64,000 nucleotides of DNA from contig JAAYEM010000021.1 in assembly GCA_012728725.1 (NCBI GenBank), forward strand, positions 5,715 through 69,714, given 5' to 3'. This document shows positions 40,310 through 48,226 of this stretch, piece after piece (positions within the stretch are counted from its first letter, which is position 1; every line of letters begins with the position of its first letter). The DNA is from Tissierellia bacterium. Its GTDB lineage: Bacteria; Bacillota; Clostridia; Tissierellales; Tepidimicrobiaceae. Below the pieces are notes generated by a model. It worked only from the letters and a program-made list of their open reading frames with translations, did no database searches and was not told the origin of the DNA. Made by a program: the position numbers and the translations under genes.

Positions 40310-40338
40310 AAAAAAACTGAGAGTAAATCCCCTCTCAG
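40310..40338 (-). terminator. Intrinsic terminator after deoC
   Basis: CTGAGAG-N8-CTCTCAG hairpin overlapping the deoC stop codon, followed by T7 on the minus strand. Confidence 0.75.
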
Positions 40339-41000
40339 TTTTTCTCCTGTATATACCCTTCAATTATATTTACCGAGGCACTAGCTCCAATCCTGGACGC
40401 TCCAGCTTCTACCATAGCTTTTGCCCTTTTATAATCCCTAATACCTCCAGAAGCCTTTATTTTAAGCCTGTCACCAACAACTTCCTTGATCAATTTAATA
40501 TCCTCTATAGTAGCTCCACCGGTACTAAAGCCTGTTGAAGTTTTAACAAAGTCTGCCCCGGCTTGTTCGCATAATTGACAAGCCTTTACCTTTTCTTCAT
40601 TAGTCAATATGCAGGCTTCTATTATAACTTTAACAATGGCTTTGCCCTTAACAGCTTCAACTACCGCCTCAATATCCTCTCTAACTAGATCATAATCTCC
40701 ATCCTTAAGGGCACCAATATTGATTACCATATCTATTTCATCAGCACCATCTTCTATGGCTCTCCTGGCTTCAAAGGCCTTAGTTTCCTTCCTGTTGGCC
40801 CCTAAAGGAAATCCAATTACTGTAGCTACCTTTATATTGGAGCCTTTTAAATACTCCTTGGCTAGTTTCACATAATAGGGATTAACACATACAGCTGCAA
40901 ACCCATATTTTTTAGCTTCATTACAAAGCTGGTAGACCATTTCCCTTGTTGCCTCCGCTTTTAGCAGGGTATGGTCAATCATTGAAGCCAATTCTTTCAT
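40335..41000 (-). CDS. deoC: Deoxyribose-phosphate aldolase
   Basis: 221 aa, class I aldolase TIM barrel ([21 protein letters not shown] with the Schiff-base Lys). Confidence 0.92.
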   Translation of the reverse strand: MKELASMIDHTLLKAEATREMVYQLCNEAKKYGFAAVCVNPYYVKLAKEYLKGSNIKVATVIGFPLGANRKETKAFEARRAIEDGADEIDMVINIGALKDGDYDLVREDIEAVVEAVKGKAIVKVIIEACILTNEEKVKACQLCEQAGADFVKTSTGFSTGGATIEDIKLIKEVVGDRLKIKASGGIRDYKRAKAMVEAGASRIGASASVNIIEGYIQEKN

Positions 41001-41011
41001 TAAACCACCCT

Positions 41012-41584
41012 TTATTTGATTAACTCAACTAAATCCCCATTCTTCACTCCTGCTGCATTTCCTTCCTCTATATCAACATGCATTTCCAAAGCAAAATCGT
41101 CTTTTACCCTTACCAATACATTCTCAAATATTACAGCCCTAGGACCTTCTGTTCTTACCCTAACTATGTCTCCATCTTTTATCCCAAATCTTTCTCCATC
41201 TGATGTATGCATATGTATATGTCTAGCTGCAACTATTACACCCTCTTTTAATTCCACTTCCCCTTTAGGTCCCACAATTTTTATTCCAGGGGTTCCTTCT
41301 ATATCTCCAGAATTTCTAACTACAGGTTCTACACCTAATTTAATGGCATCAGCAATGGAGATTTCTACTTGAGTTTTACTCCTTACTGGACCTAATACCC
41401 TTACCCCTTTAATAGTATTTCTTGGTCCTACAAGATCCACTTTTTCTTCACAGGCATATTGACCTGGCTGAGATAGGTCTTTGCTTCTAGTTAATTCATA
41501 GTTTTCACCGAAAAGAATATTCAAATCCTCTTGTCCTAAATGAACATGTCTGTTAGATAATGCAATTGGTAATTTGTTATCCAT
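41012..41584 (-). CDS. pduL: Phosphate propanoyl/acetyl-transferase PduL
   Basis: 190 aa with a duplicated PduL motif (SNRHVHL... / AARHIHM...). No N-terminal microcompartment encapsulation peptide. Confidence 0.88.
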   Translation of the reverse strand: MDNKLPIALSNRHVHLGQEDLNILFGENYELTRSKDLSQPGQYACEEKVDLVGPRNTIKGVRVLGPVRSKTQVEISIADAIKLGVEPVVRNSGDIEGTPGIKIVGPKGEVELKEGVIVAARHIHMHTSDGERFGIKDGDIVRVRTEGPRAVIFENVLVRVKDDFALEMHVDIEEGNAAGVKNGDLVELIK

Positions 41585-41663
41585 ATTAATTCCTCCTCAT
41601 ATTATTATTATAAACTTGTCCTCTTTATCAATTATATTAGTTTAAATATTAAAAATCAAACAT

Positions 41664-42956
41664 TTAACTAAATAGATTATATAAGGCATTAAAAAATCCT
41701 GGATAAGATATATTGACACATTCATGGTCTTTTATTATAGATTCTCCCTCTGCCCTTAAGGCAGCAATAGATAGGGCCATGGCAATCCTGTGATCCTTGT
41801 AGGAATTAAGTATTCCCCCTTTTAATGTAGCCTTTCCCTCTATAATCATTCCGTCAGGCAATTCTCTTACAAATGCTCCCATTTTATTTAACTCTCTGAC
41901 CATAACTGCTATTCTATTGCTCTCCTTATACTTTAATTCCTGGGCATCCCTTATGATGGTCCTTCCTTCTGCTAGAGTTGCAGCCACGGCTATAATTGGT
42001 ATTTCATCTATTAATGTGGCTATTATATCTCCACTTATTATAATGCCTTTTAATGGAGAATACTTAATCTCAATATCTGCAAATGGTTCATTATTTAATG
42101 CCCTTTTATTAAAAATATTAATATCTGCTCCCATCTCCTTTAATACCTGGATTATACCAGTTCTAGTAGGATTTATTCCCACATTTTTTATAGTTATATT
42201 GGAACCTTTAACTATGGAAGCAGCCACCATAAAATAGGCAGCAGAGGAAATATCCCCTGGCACATAGATATCCTGGGCCTTAAGGAATGCAGGGGGTTTT
42301 ATAAATATATTGCCATTAATATTTTGTACCGGGCAGCCAAAATAAGTTAACATCCTCTCAGTATGATCCCTAGTAGGCTTTCCTTCCATTATCCTAGTAG
42401 GACTTTCTGAATATAAACTAGCAAGAAGTATAGAGGATTTGACCTGGGCACTGGCCACTGGCAGGGTATATTCTATCCCTTTTAGTTTCCCCTCTATACC
42501 CTGGATCTCCAAGGGTAGGTATTTATCCTCCCTTCCCTTTATTAAGCCACCCATCTTGCTCAAAGGGATTATTATCCTATCCATTGGCCTATTGCTTAAA
42601 GACTCATCCCCTATCATAGTAGTAGAAAAATTTTGGCCTACCAGTATTCCAGCTAAAAGTCTTGCAGTGGTGCCAGAATTGCCACAGTCTATTTCCTCCT
42701 TTGGTTTCTTTAGTCCCTTGAGGCCTACCCCTTCAATCCTAAGTAGATTCTCAGATTCCTTGATATCAACTCCCATATTCCTAAAGGCCTCAATGGTTCT
42801 TATTACATCCTTGGAAAATAGGATGTTTTTTACTGTGGTAGTCCCTTCCGCCAAAGCTCCTAGCATTACACTCCTATGGGAAATGGATTTATCTCCTGGT
42901 AAGCTTATTTCACCAATTAGTTTGTGTTTTCCTCCCTTAATAATCAATCCACTCAC
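41664..42956 (-). CDS. aroA: 3-phosphoshikimate 1-carboxyvinyltransferase (EPSP synthase)
   Basis: 430 aa (PGDKSISHR, NSGTTARLL, ESNRI, DHRIAMA). Confidence 0.95.
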   Translation of the reverse strand: MSGLIIKGGKHKLIGEISLPGDKSISHRSVMLGALAEGTTTVKNILFSKDVIRTIEAFRNMGVDIKESENLLRIEGVGLKGLKKPKEEIDCGNSGTTARLLAGILVGQNFSTTMIGDESLSNRPMDRIIIPLSKMGGLIKGREDKYLPLEIQGIEGKLKGIEYTLPVASAQVKSSILLASLYSESPTRIMEGKPTRDHTERMLTYFGCPVQNINGNIFIKPPAFLKAQDIYVPGDISSAAYFMVAASIVKGSNITIKNVGINPTRTGIIQVLKEMGADINIFNKRALNNEPFADIEIKYSPLKGIIISGDIIATLIDEIPIIAVAATLAEGRTIIRDAQELKYKESNRIAVMVRELNKMGAFVRELPDGMIIEGKATLKGGILNSYKDHRIAMALSIAALRAEGESIIKDHECVNISYPGFFNALYNLFS

Positions 42957-43983
42957 CCTTTAAACTATCCATTATAATCCCTTCTTCCACATCATAAAAT
43001 AAGTCCACCCTACCTGTGCCAGTAGGCAGAACAAAAGCTATTTTGCCATCCTCATTCTTTTTATCCTTCTGCATTATGGGTATTAATCTTTCTACCTCTC
43101 TTTGGCTAAATTGAATTAAAGGTACCAATTTATTTAGGACCTTATATATTTCTTCAAAATAGGCTTTCTCTATTAAACCTTTCTTTTTAGCTATATAGGA
43201 TTCATAAAGGATTCCTAATATTACTGCTTCCCCATGATTGTATTTACCAAAATCATAAAGGGCCTCAATACTGTGGCCTATGGTGTGACCAAAATTTAAA
43301 ATCCTCCTGATCCCCTTATCATACCTGTCCTTGCCTACTATTTCCTCCTTTATAGCCACTGATCTTTTTACTATGGGCAAAAGCACTTCCAAATTCCTAT
43401 CATATATCTTATCTATATTAGAACTTACATATTGGAAGAAATTATAGTCATATATTAGTCCATATTTTAATATTTCACCTAAACCGCAGGTTATTTCCCT
43501 TGTAGGAAGGGTTTTTAAAAAGTCCAACTGGATTAAGGTGATTTCAGGAAAATAAAAGGAGCCTATTATATTTTTTAAACCCCTATAATCTATGCCTACT
43601 TTACCCCCTATACTACTATCTACTTGGGCTAAAAGGCTTGTAGGAATCTGGATATACTTTAATCCCCTCATATAGGTGGAGGCCACAAAACCGGCTATGT
43701 CCCCTACTACTCCTCCTCCAAAACCCATTATTATGGTCCCTCTATCTATATTTTTTCCTATCAAATCATCATATATGGATAGTGTGGTTTCTATGGATTT
43801 GCTCCCCTCTCCTGGTTTTATAATATAAGTAAATACATCATAGGCTTTTATATGTTTCAACAAATAATCCATATATAAACTATTAAGGTTTTCATCTGTG
43901 ATAATGTACACCTTTTTAACATTATTGGATTTTAAATAAGAGTCCAATTCCCTTAATAGGTCCTTGCCAATTATCACTTCCAT
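42937..43983 (-). CDS. aroB: 3-dehydroquinate synthase
   Basis: 348 aa (GGGVVGD, SSIGGKVGI, FGHTIGHSIE). Overlaps aroA by 20 nt. Confidence 0.92.
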   Translation of the reverse strand: MEVIIGKDLLRELDSYLKSNNVKKVYIITDENLNSLYMDYLLKHIKAYDVFTYIIKPGEGSKSIETTLSIYDDLIGKNIDRGTIIMGFGGGVVGDIAGFVASTYMRGLKYIQIPTSLLAQVDSSIGGKVGIDYRGLKNIIGSFYFPEITLIQLDFLKTLPTREITCGLGEILKYGLIYDYNFFQYVSSNIDKIYDRNLEVLLPIVKRSVAIKEEIVGKDRYDKGIRRILNFGHTIGHSIEALYDFGKYNHGEAVILGILYESYIAKKKGLIEKAYFEEIYKVLNKLVPLIQFSQREVERLIPIMQKDKKNEDGKIAFVLPTGTGRVDLFYDVEEGIIMDSLKGEWIDY

Positions 43984-43987
43984 ATTA

Positions 43988-45109
43988 TCACCTATCTTCT
44001 AATCTATTCCTGTAATTCTCAAAATTGGCAATAATCTCTTCCATACTGTCTCCACCAAATTTAATAAGCATCTCATTGGCCAATACATAGGCCAACATAT
44101 TTTCAGCTACAATGCTGGCTGAAGGTACTGCACAGACATCAGACCTTTCAAACTGGGCCACCACCTCTTCCTTGGTATTAATATCTACAGTCCTTAAAGG
44201 CTTTTTTAAGGTGGGAATAGGCTTCATAACTGCCCTCAATATTATATCTTCACCATTGGAAACCCCGGCTTCAATCCCCCCTGCATTATTGCTTTTCCTA
44301 TAGTATCTACCCTCAGCATAGTATATCTCATCATGGACTTGAGAGCCCAGCTTATTGGCTACATCAAAGCCTGCTCCAAACTCTATGCCTTTTATTCCGG
44401 GAATACTCATTATGCTATAGGCAATCTTTCCATCCAACCTTCTATCCCAATGGTCATAGCTGCCTAAGCCTAAGGGAACATTCATCCCAATTACCTCTAT
44501 TATCCCTCCTAAAGTCTCCCCCTCTTCCTTTGCCCTTTCTATCTTATCTATCATTAATTTTTCCTTTTCCTTATCTAATACCCTTATGGGGGATTCATCA
44601 GCCTTTAACAGCTCTTCCCTACTTATATCCTTATAGCTTTTTTGAACCCTAATATCTCCAATTTGGACTACATGGCTGTATATATTTATATTAAATTCTT
44701 TTAATAAAAGTTTGCATATACTGCCTAAAGCTACCCTCATGGCAGTCTCCCTGGCACTGGCCCTTTCCAGAGTGTTTCTGCCACCTTTTTGATTGTATTT
44801 TAAGGTCCCTGCTAAATCCCCATGGCCAGGCCTAGGCCTGGTTATCTCAACTAGCTCTATATTGGTTCCCCTGTTTTTGATCATAAGGGATATGGGATTG
44901 CCTGTAGTGTAACCTTGGTTTACACCGGATAAAACTATTATTTCATCCCTTTCTATGGCCATCCTCTGGCTTCTCCCATATCCCATTTGCCTCCTTTTGA
45001 GTTCATTATTTATAAATTCTATATCTAAATAGAGATTTGCAGGTATCCCTTCTATTATTCCAATTAGGCTTTCTCCATGGGATTCTCCAGCAGTTAAGAA
45101 TCTAATCAT
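43988..45109 (-). CDS. aroC: Chorismate synthase
   Basis: 373 aa (FLTAGESHG, RPGHGD, ERSDVCAVP). Confidence 0.95.
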   Translation of the reverse strand: MIRFLTAGESHGESLIGIIEGIPANLYLDIEFINNELKRRQMGYGRSQRMAIERDEIIVLSGVNQGYTTGNPISLMIKNRGTNIELVEITRPRPGHGDLAGTLKYNQKGGRNTLERASARETAMRVALGSICKLLLKEFNINIYSHVVQIGDIRVQKSYKDISREELLKADESPIRVLDKEKEKLMIDKIERAKEEGETLGGIIEVIGMNVPLGLGSYDHWDRRLDGKIAYSIMSIPGIKGIEFGAGFDVANKLGSQVHDEIYYAEGRYYRKSNNAGGIEAGVSNGEDIILRAVMKPIPTLKKPLRTVDINTKEEVVAQFERSDVCAVPSASIVAENMLAYVLANEMLIKFGGDSMEEIIANFENYRNRLEDR

Positions 45110-45204
45110 ATTAACTCTCCTTTACACATTCTTAATAATTAGATTATAGCACACTACAAATCATATAGTTAATGATAACTATTTGATAAATTAATTCATA
45201 AAAA

Positions 45205-45233
45205 TAAAAAACTACCACCTCTAATAGTGGTGG
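45205..45233 (-). terminator. Weak intrinsic terminator, about 250 nt downstream of the nearest stop codon
   Basis: The minus strand reads CCACC-N9-GGTGG followed by TAGTTTTTTATTTTTAT. There is no coding ORF between it and the stop at 45484. Confidence 0.45.
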
Positions 45234-45483
45234 AAGCATTTTGCTTAATAATTACTATAAGTTTACAAATTAGTGGCAGGCACTAATATTTACTAAATTA
45301 ATGGTACCTAACATTAAGTTAGAAAAAGTTAGTAAATAAGGACCTGGTCAGGATATTTACTAAAGGTTATAAATGTCAGTAAATAGGTTAATATTAGAGG
45401 GTGTATAATATTTTATATAGATGGCAGCTAGTGATAGGTTAATAAATTAATAAATAAGTTGATAAGTTAGTTTGGTTTTTTTT

Positions 45484-46389
45484 CTATTGTCGAGCATAAA
45501 TAAGCAAATTATACACCCCTATAATAATTCCAAGTCCAAAACATACAAAGGCCATAATCCTATAGTATAGTGAATAGGCAACTATGGGGGACACAGTGTA
45601 AAGGATTACTCCTAATAGTATAAATTTGAATATCTTGTCTTTTCTACTAATATTTAAACTATTCTTTATATCCCCTATCCAATTTCTATGTTTAGCAACT
45701 ATTAATTCCTCTATTTCATCTTTTTGGGGATATTCCTCAATTTCCTTAAGCATTTCTATAATCCTGTTTAAATCTATCAATAGATACTCAGTTTCTTCTT
45801 TTACTTCATCGGCAAAGGATGTACTAGTTATTAGAATTCCTTCCTGTATATTCTTATTTTCCATTTCCCTTACAAAGAATTCCAGATCCTTTAATATAAC
45901 TATATTGTCAGGAGAATTTTTGAAGCATTTAACCCCATATATCTCTCCATTTATTTCACCTATAAAATCTATATTGTTGTTGTATTCAAAAAAGGTGGTC
46001 TTATAATATTTTTCAAGCAATTCCTTTATATATTTCAAAAAATCTCGATTGCCGTATTTTCCTATCTCCTCTACTATCTGTTTATTGGCCAATTTTTCAT
46101 TTATATCCATAATTCTTTTATACCTGGCCCTTCTTTTCCAAGCCACTAGTAATACTATATATATGCCTACTAATAATGTGGTCAATGTAATAGTCCAAAT
46201 AATGCTCCCAGTACTGTTAAATATGGTTATAAGAAAAAATAGTATTAAAAATAGGGTTATAAAAATCCAGTCAATCAGGGAAGCGTAAATGCTCTTCCCA
46301 CCCTTTATCTCCCTAGTGTAATAACTATTAAGAATCATTTGCCTTCTGATAACTTTAAAATAATCTTTAAAATTTAATAATCCCTTCAT
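45484..46389 (-). CDS. Membrane-anchored protein with central restriction-endonuclease-like (Mrr/PD-(D/E)XK) fold
   Basis: 301 aa with two N-terminal and two C-terminal TM helices flanking a roughly 150-aa soluble domain. The core reads IDFIGEINGEIYGVKCFK...ILITSTSF, which resembles Mrr_cat, but the acidic catalytic residue is not evident. Confidence 0.5.
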   Translation of the reverse strand: MKGLLNFKDYFKVIRRQMILNSYYTREIKGGKSIYASLIDWIFITLFLILFFLITIFNSTGSIIWTITLTTLLVGIYIVLLVAWKRRARYKRIMDINEKLANKQIVEEIGKYGNRDFLKYIKELLEKYYKTTFFEYNNNIDFIGEINGEIYGVKCFKNSPDNIVILKDLEFFVREMENKNIQEGILITSTSFADEVKEETEYLLIDLNRIIEMLKEIEEYPQKDEIEELIVAKHRNWIGDIKNSLNISRKDKIFKFILLGVILYTVSPIVAYSLYYRIMAFVCFGLGIIIGVYNLLIYARQ

Positions 46390-47032
46390 CGCTACCCTTC
46401 CCCTTCTTCATAAATATGTAGGCTATTGTCTGTATTATTGCCAATATTATCATAAATAATAATACAATCCTTTTAAATATATTTATGAAGAAGGCTTCTG
46501 GCAGCATCTGTATCAATAAATCTGTTTTAGGATTTAATAGCCATAGGTCGTTATCAAAAAATATTAGATGGAAATAGGTAAAGTATTTAGTAAAATCCAG
46601 CATAGATAATATGAAAAGAAGTAGCATAAAGCCCCACCATATAAAGATCCCATAAAATAGTCCTTTGGCTAAAGTCCTCTGCTCTTTAAGGACCACAAAT
46701 GTTATTATCAATACTAATGATAAGAAAAAAAGGACATTCTTAAGTATAAATCCATTTTTAAATAGTATCTTCACATCTTCCATATGTTGTACTTCCCTAT
46801 CATTGAAATAGGGTTCTAAAACTTTCCTATCTAAACCCTCCCTAAGATATGTAAGTATGGTTTCAGTTATATACTCCAATTCTTCCATGGATTTGCCTGT
46901 TATAGCAGGGGCATCATGCTTTTCATAAGAATTTAAATATATATCCTTATTAAAAGTATTTATTTCTACGCTTTTTAATAGAATATAGAATGGCAGAGAT
47001 ATTATAAGCATTATAATCAATATTTTTTTCAA
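46367..47032 (-). CDS. TIGR01906/DUF1461 integral membrane protein (Lit-like lipoprotein intramolecular transacylase family)
   Basis: 221 aa (FNDREVQHMEDVKILF, FHLIFFDNDLWLLNPKTDLLIQMLPEAFF). TTG start. Overlaps the downstream gene by 23 nt. Confidence 0.6.
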   Translation of the reverse strand: MKKILIIMLIISLPFYILLKSVEINTFNKDIYLNSYEKHDAPAITGKSMEELEYITETILTYLREGLDRKVLEPYFNDREVQHMEDVKILFKNGFILKNVLFFLSLVLIITFVVLKEQRTLAKGLFYGIFIWWGFMLLLFILSMLDFTKYFTYFHLIFFDNDLWLLNPKTDLLIQMLPEAFFINIFKRIVLLFMIILAIIQTIAYIFMKKGKGSDEGIIKF

Positions 47033-47091
47033 AATCCTCCCCCCTTATGCTTATTATGCCCTTAATGTTACAGAAAGTCCACCCCATTTAA

Positions 47092-47121
47092 AAAAGCTGA
47101 AAGAAATCTCTTTCAGCTTTT
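47092..47121 (-). terminator. Intrinsic terminator after the 57-aa ORF
   Basis: AAAAGCTGAAAG-N6-CTTTCAGCTTTT, a perfect 12-bp stem flanked by a T-run. Confidence 0.8.
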
Positions 47122-47125
47122 CCTA

Positions 47126-47299
47126 TTATCCCATAGCCTTTTCCAATTTGTCCAGATATTTAATTGGAAACATCCTTAATAGTTCCTTATATTGTTCAAC
47201 GGTTAAACCCTGGACAGTAGTGTATATTTCAATTTTTTCATCCACATCTGCCTTTCTAAACCTTTCCTTTATTGCTTCAAAAGTTTGATTGACTACCAT
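47126..47299 (-). CDS. Unannotated small protein (57 aa), unknown function
   Basis: ATG at 47299 preceded by GAGGGAG (7-nt spacing). Translates to MVVNQTFEAIKERFRKADVDEKIEIYTTVQGLTVEQYKELLRMFPIKYLDKLEKAMG*. A strong terminator starts 5 nt after the stop. It is below the length cut-off of the ORF track. Confidence 0.6.
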   Translation of the reverse strand: MVVNQTFEAIKERFRKADVDEKIEIYTTVQGLTVEQYKELLRMFPIKYLDKLEKAMG

Positions 47300-47369
47300 A
47301 TGTTCACTCCCTCATCCAATTAATAATCCTACAAAATTATTATGTTTAATATATTTACTTTTATACAAA

Positions 47370-47412
47370 ACAAAAAACACCTTTATTTCAATAAAATCCA
47401 AAATAAAGGTGT
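47370..47412 (-). terminator. Intrinsic terminator after yebC
   Basis: ACACCTTTATTT-N12-AAATAAAGGTGT, a 12-bp stem followed by TTTTTTGTTTTG on the minus strand. Confidence 0.8.
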
Positions 47413-47421
47413 TTTATACTT

Positions 47422-48165
47422 TTAAACCTCCAAATTCTCGGGAATTTCCCAGTTGTGATACACGTTTTGAACATCATCGTTATCTTCAAGGGTTTCTATT
47501 AATTTAACCATATTTTTAATATCTTCTTCATCGGTAAGTTCTGTTGTATTTTGGGGCAAATATGCCAGCTCAGCTACCGCAAATTCATATCCCATTTGGC
47601 TTAAGGAATCTCTAATCCTGTTGAAATCCTCTGGGCTTGTTATTATCTCATAAACTGAATCATCACTGCTAAAGTCTTCAGCACCTAAATCGATAGCCTG
47701 AAGCATTAACTCCTCTTCGTCTATGTCATCCCTTTTCTCTATGGCCAGTAAACCCTTTCTATCAAACATAAAGGAGACACAGCCTGATTGGCCTAGGTTG
47801 CCACCATGTTTATCGAAGGCATGTCTTATCTCTGAGGCTGTCCTATTTCTATTGTCCGTTAAACAGGACACAAATACAGCTATTCCACTTGGTCCATATC
47901 CCTCATATACTATTTCTTCGTAGTTTTCTGCTCCTAATTCTCCACTACCTCTTTTAATTGCCCTCTCTATATTATCATTAGGCATGTTGGCAGCCTTGGC
48001 TTTTTCTATGGCTGCTTTTAAGGCGGGGTTATATTCTGGATCTGGTCCCCCTTCCCTTACAGCCACCATTATATATCTACCTAACTTGGTAAATTCCTTT
48101 GCCCTTCTAGCGTCTTCCTTACCTTTTTTATTTTTTATATTATGCCATTTAGAATGACCTGCCAT
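47422..48165 (-). CDS. yebC: YebC/PmpR-family DNA-binding regulator
   Basis: 247 aa beginning [19 protein letters not shown], the family signature. Confidence 0.93.
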   Translation of the reverse strand: MAGHSKWHNIKNKKGKEDARRAKEFTKLGRYIMVAVREGGPDPEYNPALKAAIEKAKAANMPNDNIERAIKRGSGELGAENYEEIVYEGYGPSGIAVFVSCLTDNRNRTASEIRHAFDKHGGNLGQSGCVSFMFDRKGLLAIEKRDDIDEEELMLQAIDLGAEDFSSDDSVYEIITSPEDFNRIRDSLSQMGYEFAVAELAYLPQNTTELTDEEDIKNMVKLIETLEDNDDVQNVYHNWEIPENLEV

Positions 48166-48226
48166 ACATCTAACCTCCTTAAAATACTGCTAATACATTT
48201 TAACATAAAATCTATTATTATACATC

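Noticed and set aside
41012-41584. PduL as a marker of a bacterial microcompartment locus
   Set aside because: No BMC shell (PduA/J/K/N-like) or signature enzyme genes occur within the window, and the PduL lacks an N-terminal encapsulation peptide.
42439-42963. 174-aa plus-strand ORF antisense to aroA. The same pattern is seen at 8628-9059, 9303-9620, 22638-23006, 31346-31735 and 41016-41372.
   Set aside because: All are embedded antisense in well-supported conserved CDSs, with no independent signals. Treated as shadow ORFs.
45205-45245. T-box leader upstream of the aro operon, suggested by AATAGTGGTGGAAGC
   Set aside because: The GGTGG-containing segment is on the wrong strand for aroC. 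It lacks the ACCGCG continuation, and there is no stem I or specifier structure. It is better explained as a small terminator hairpin.
45250-45483. Possible CRISPR array or tandem repeat in the aroC-upstream gap
   Set aside because: The repeated words are only 7-11 nt, irregularly spaced and in mixed orientation. There is no 24-40-nt repeat/spacer periodicity and no cas genes. It is kept as a candidate-RNA finding, not as a CRISPR.
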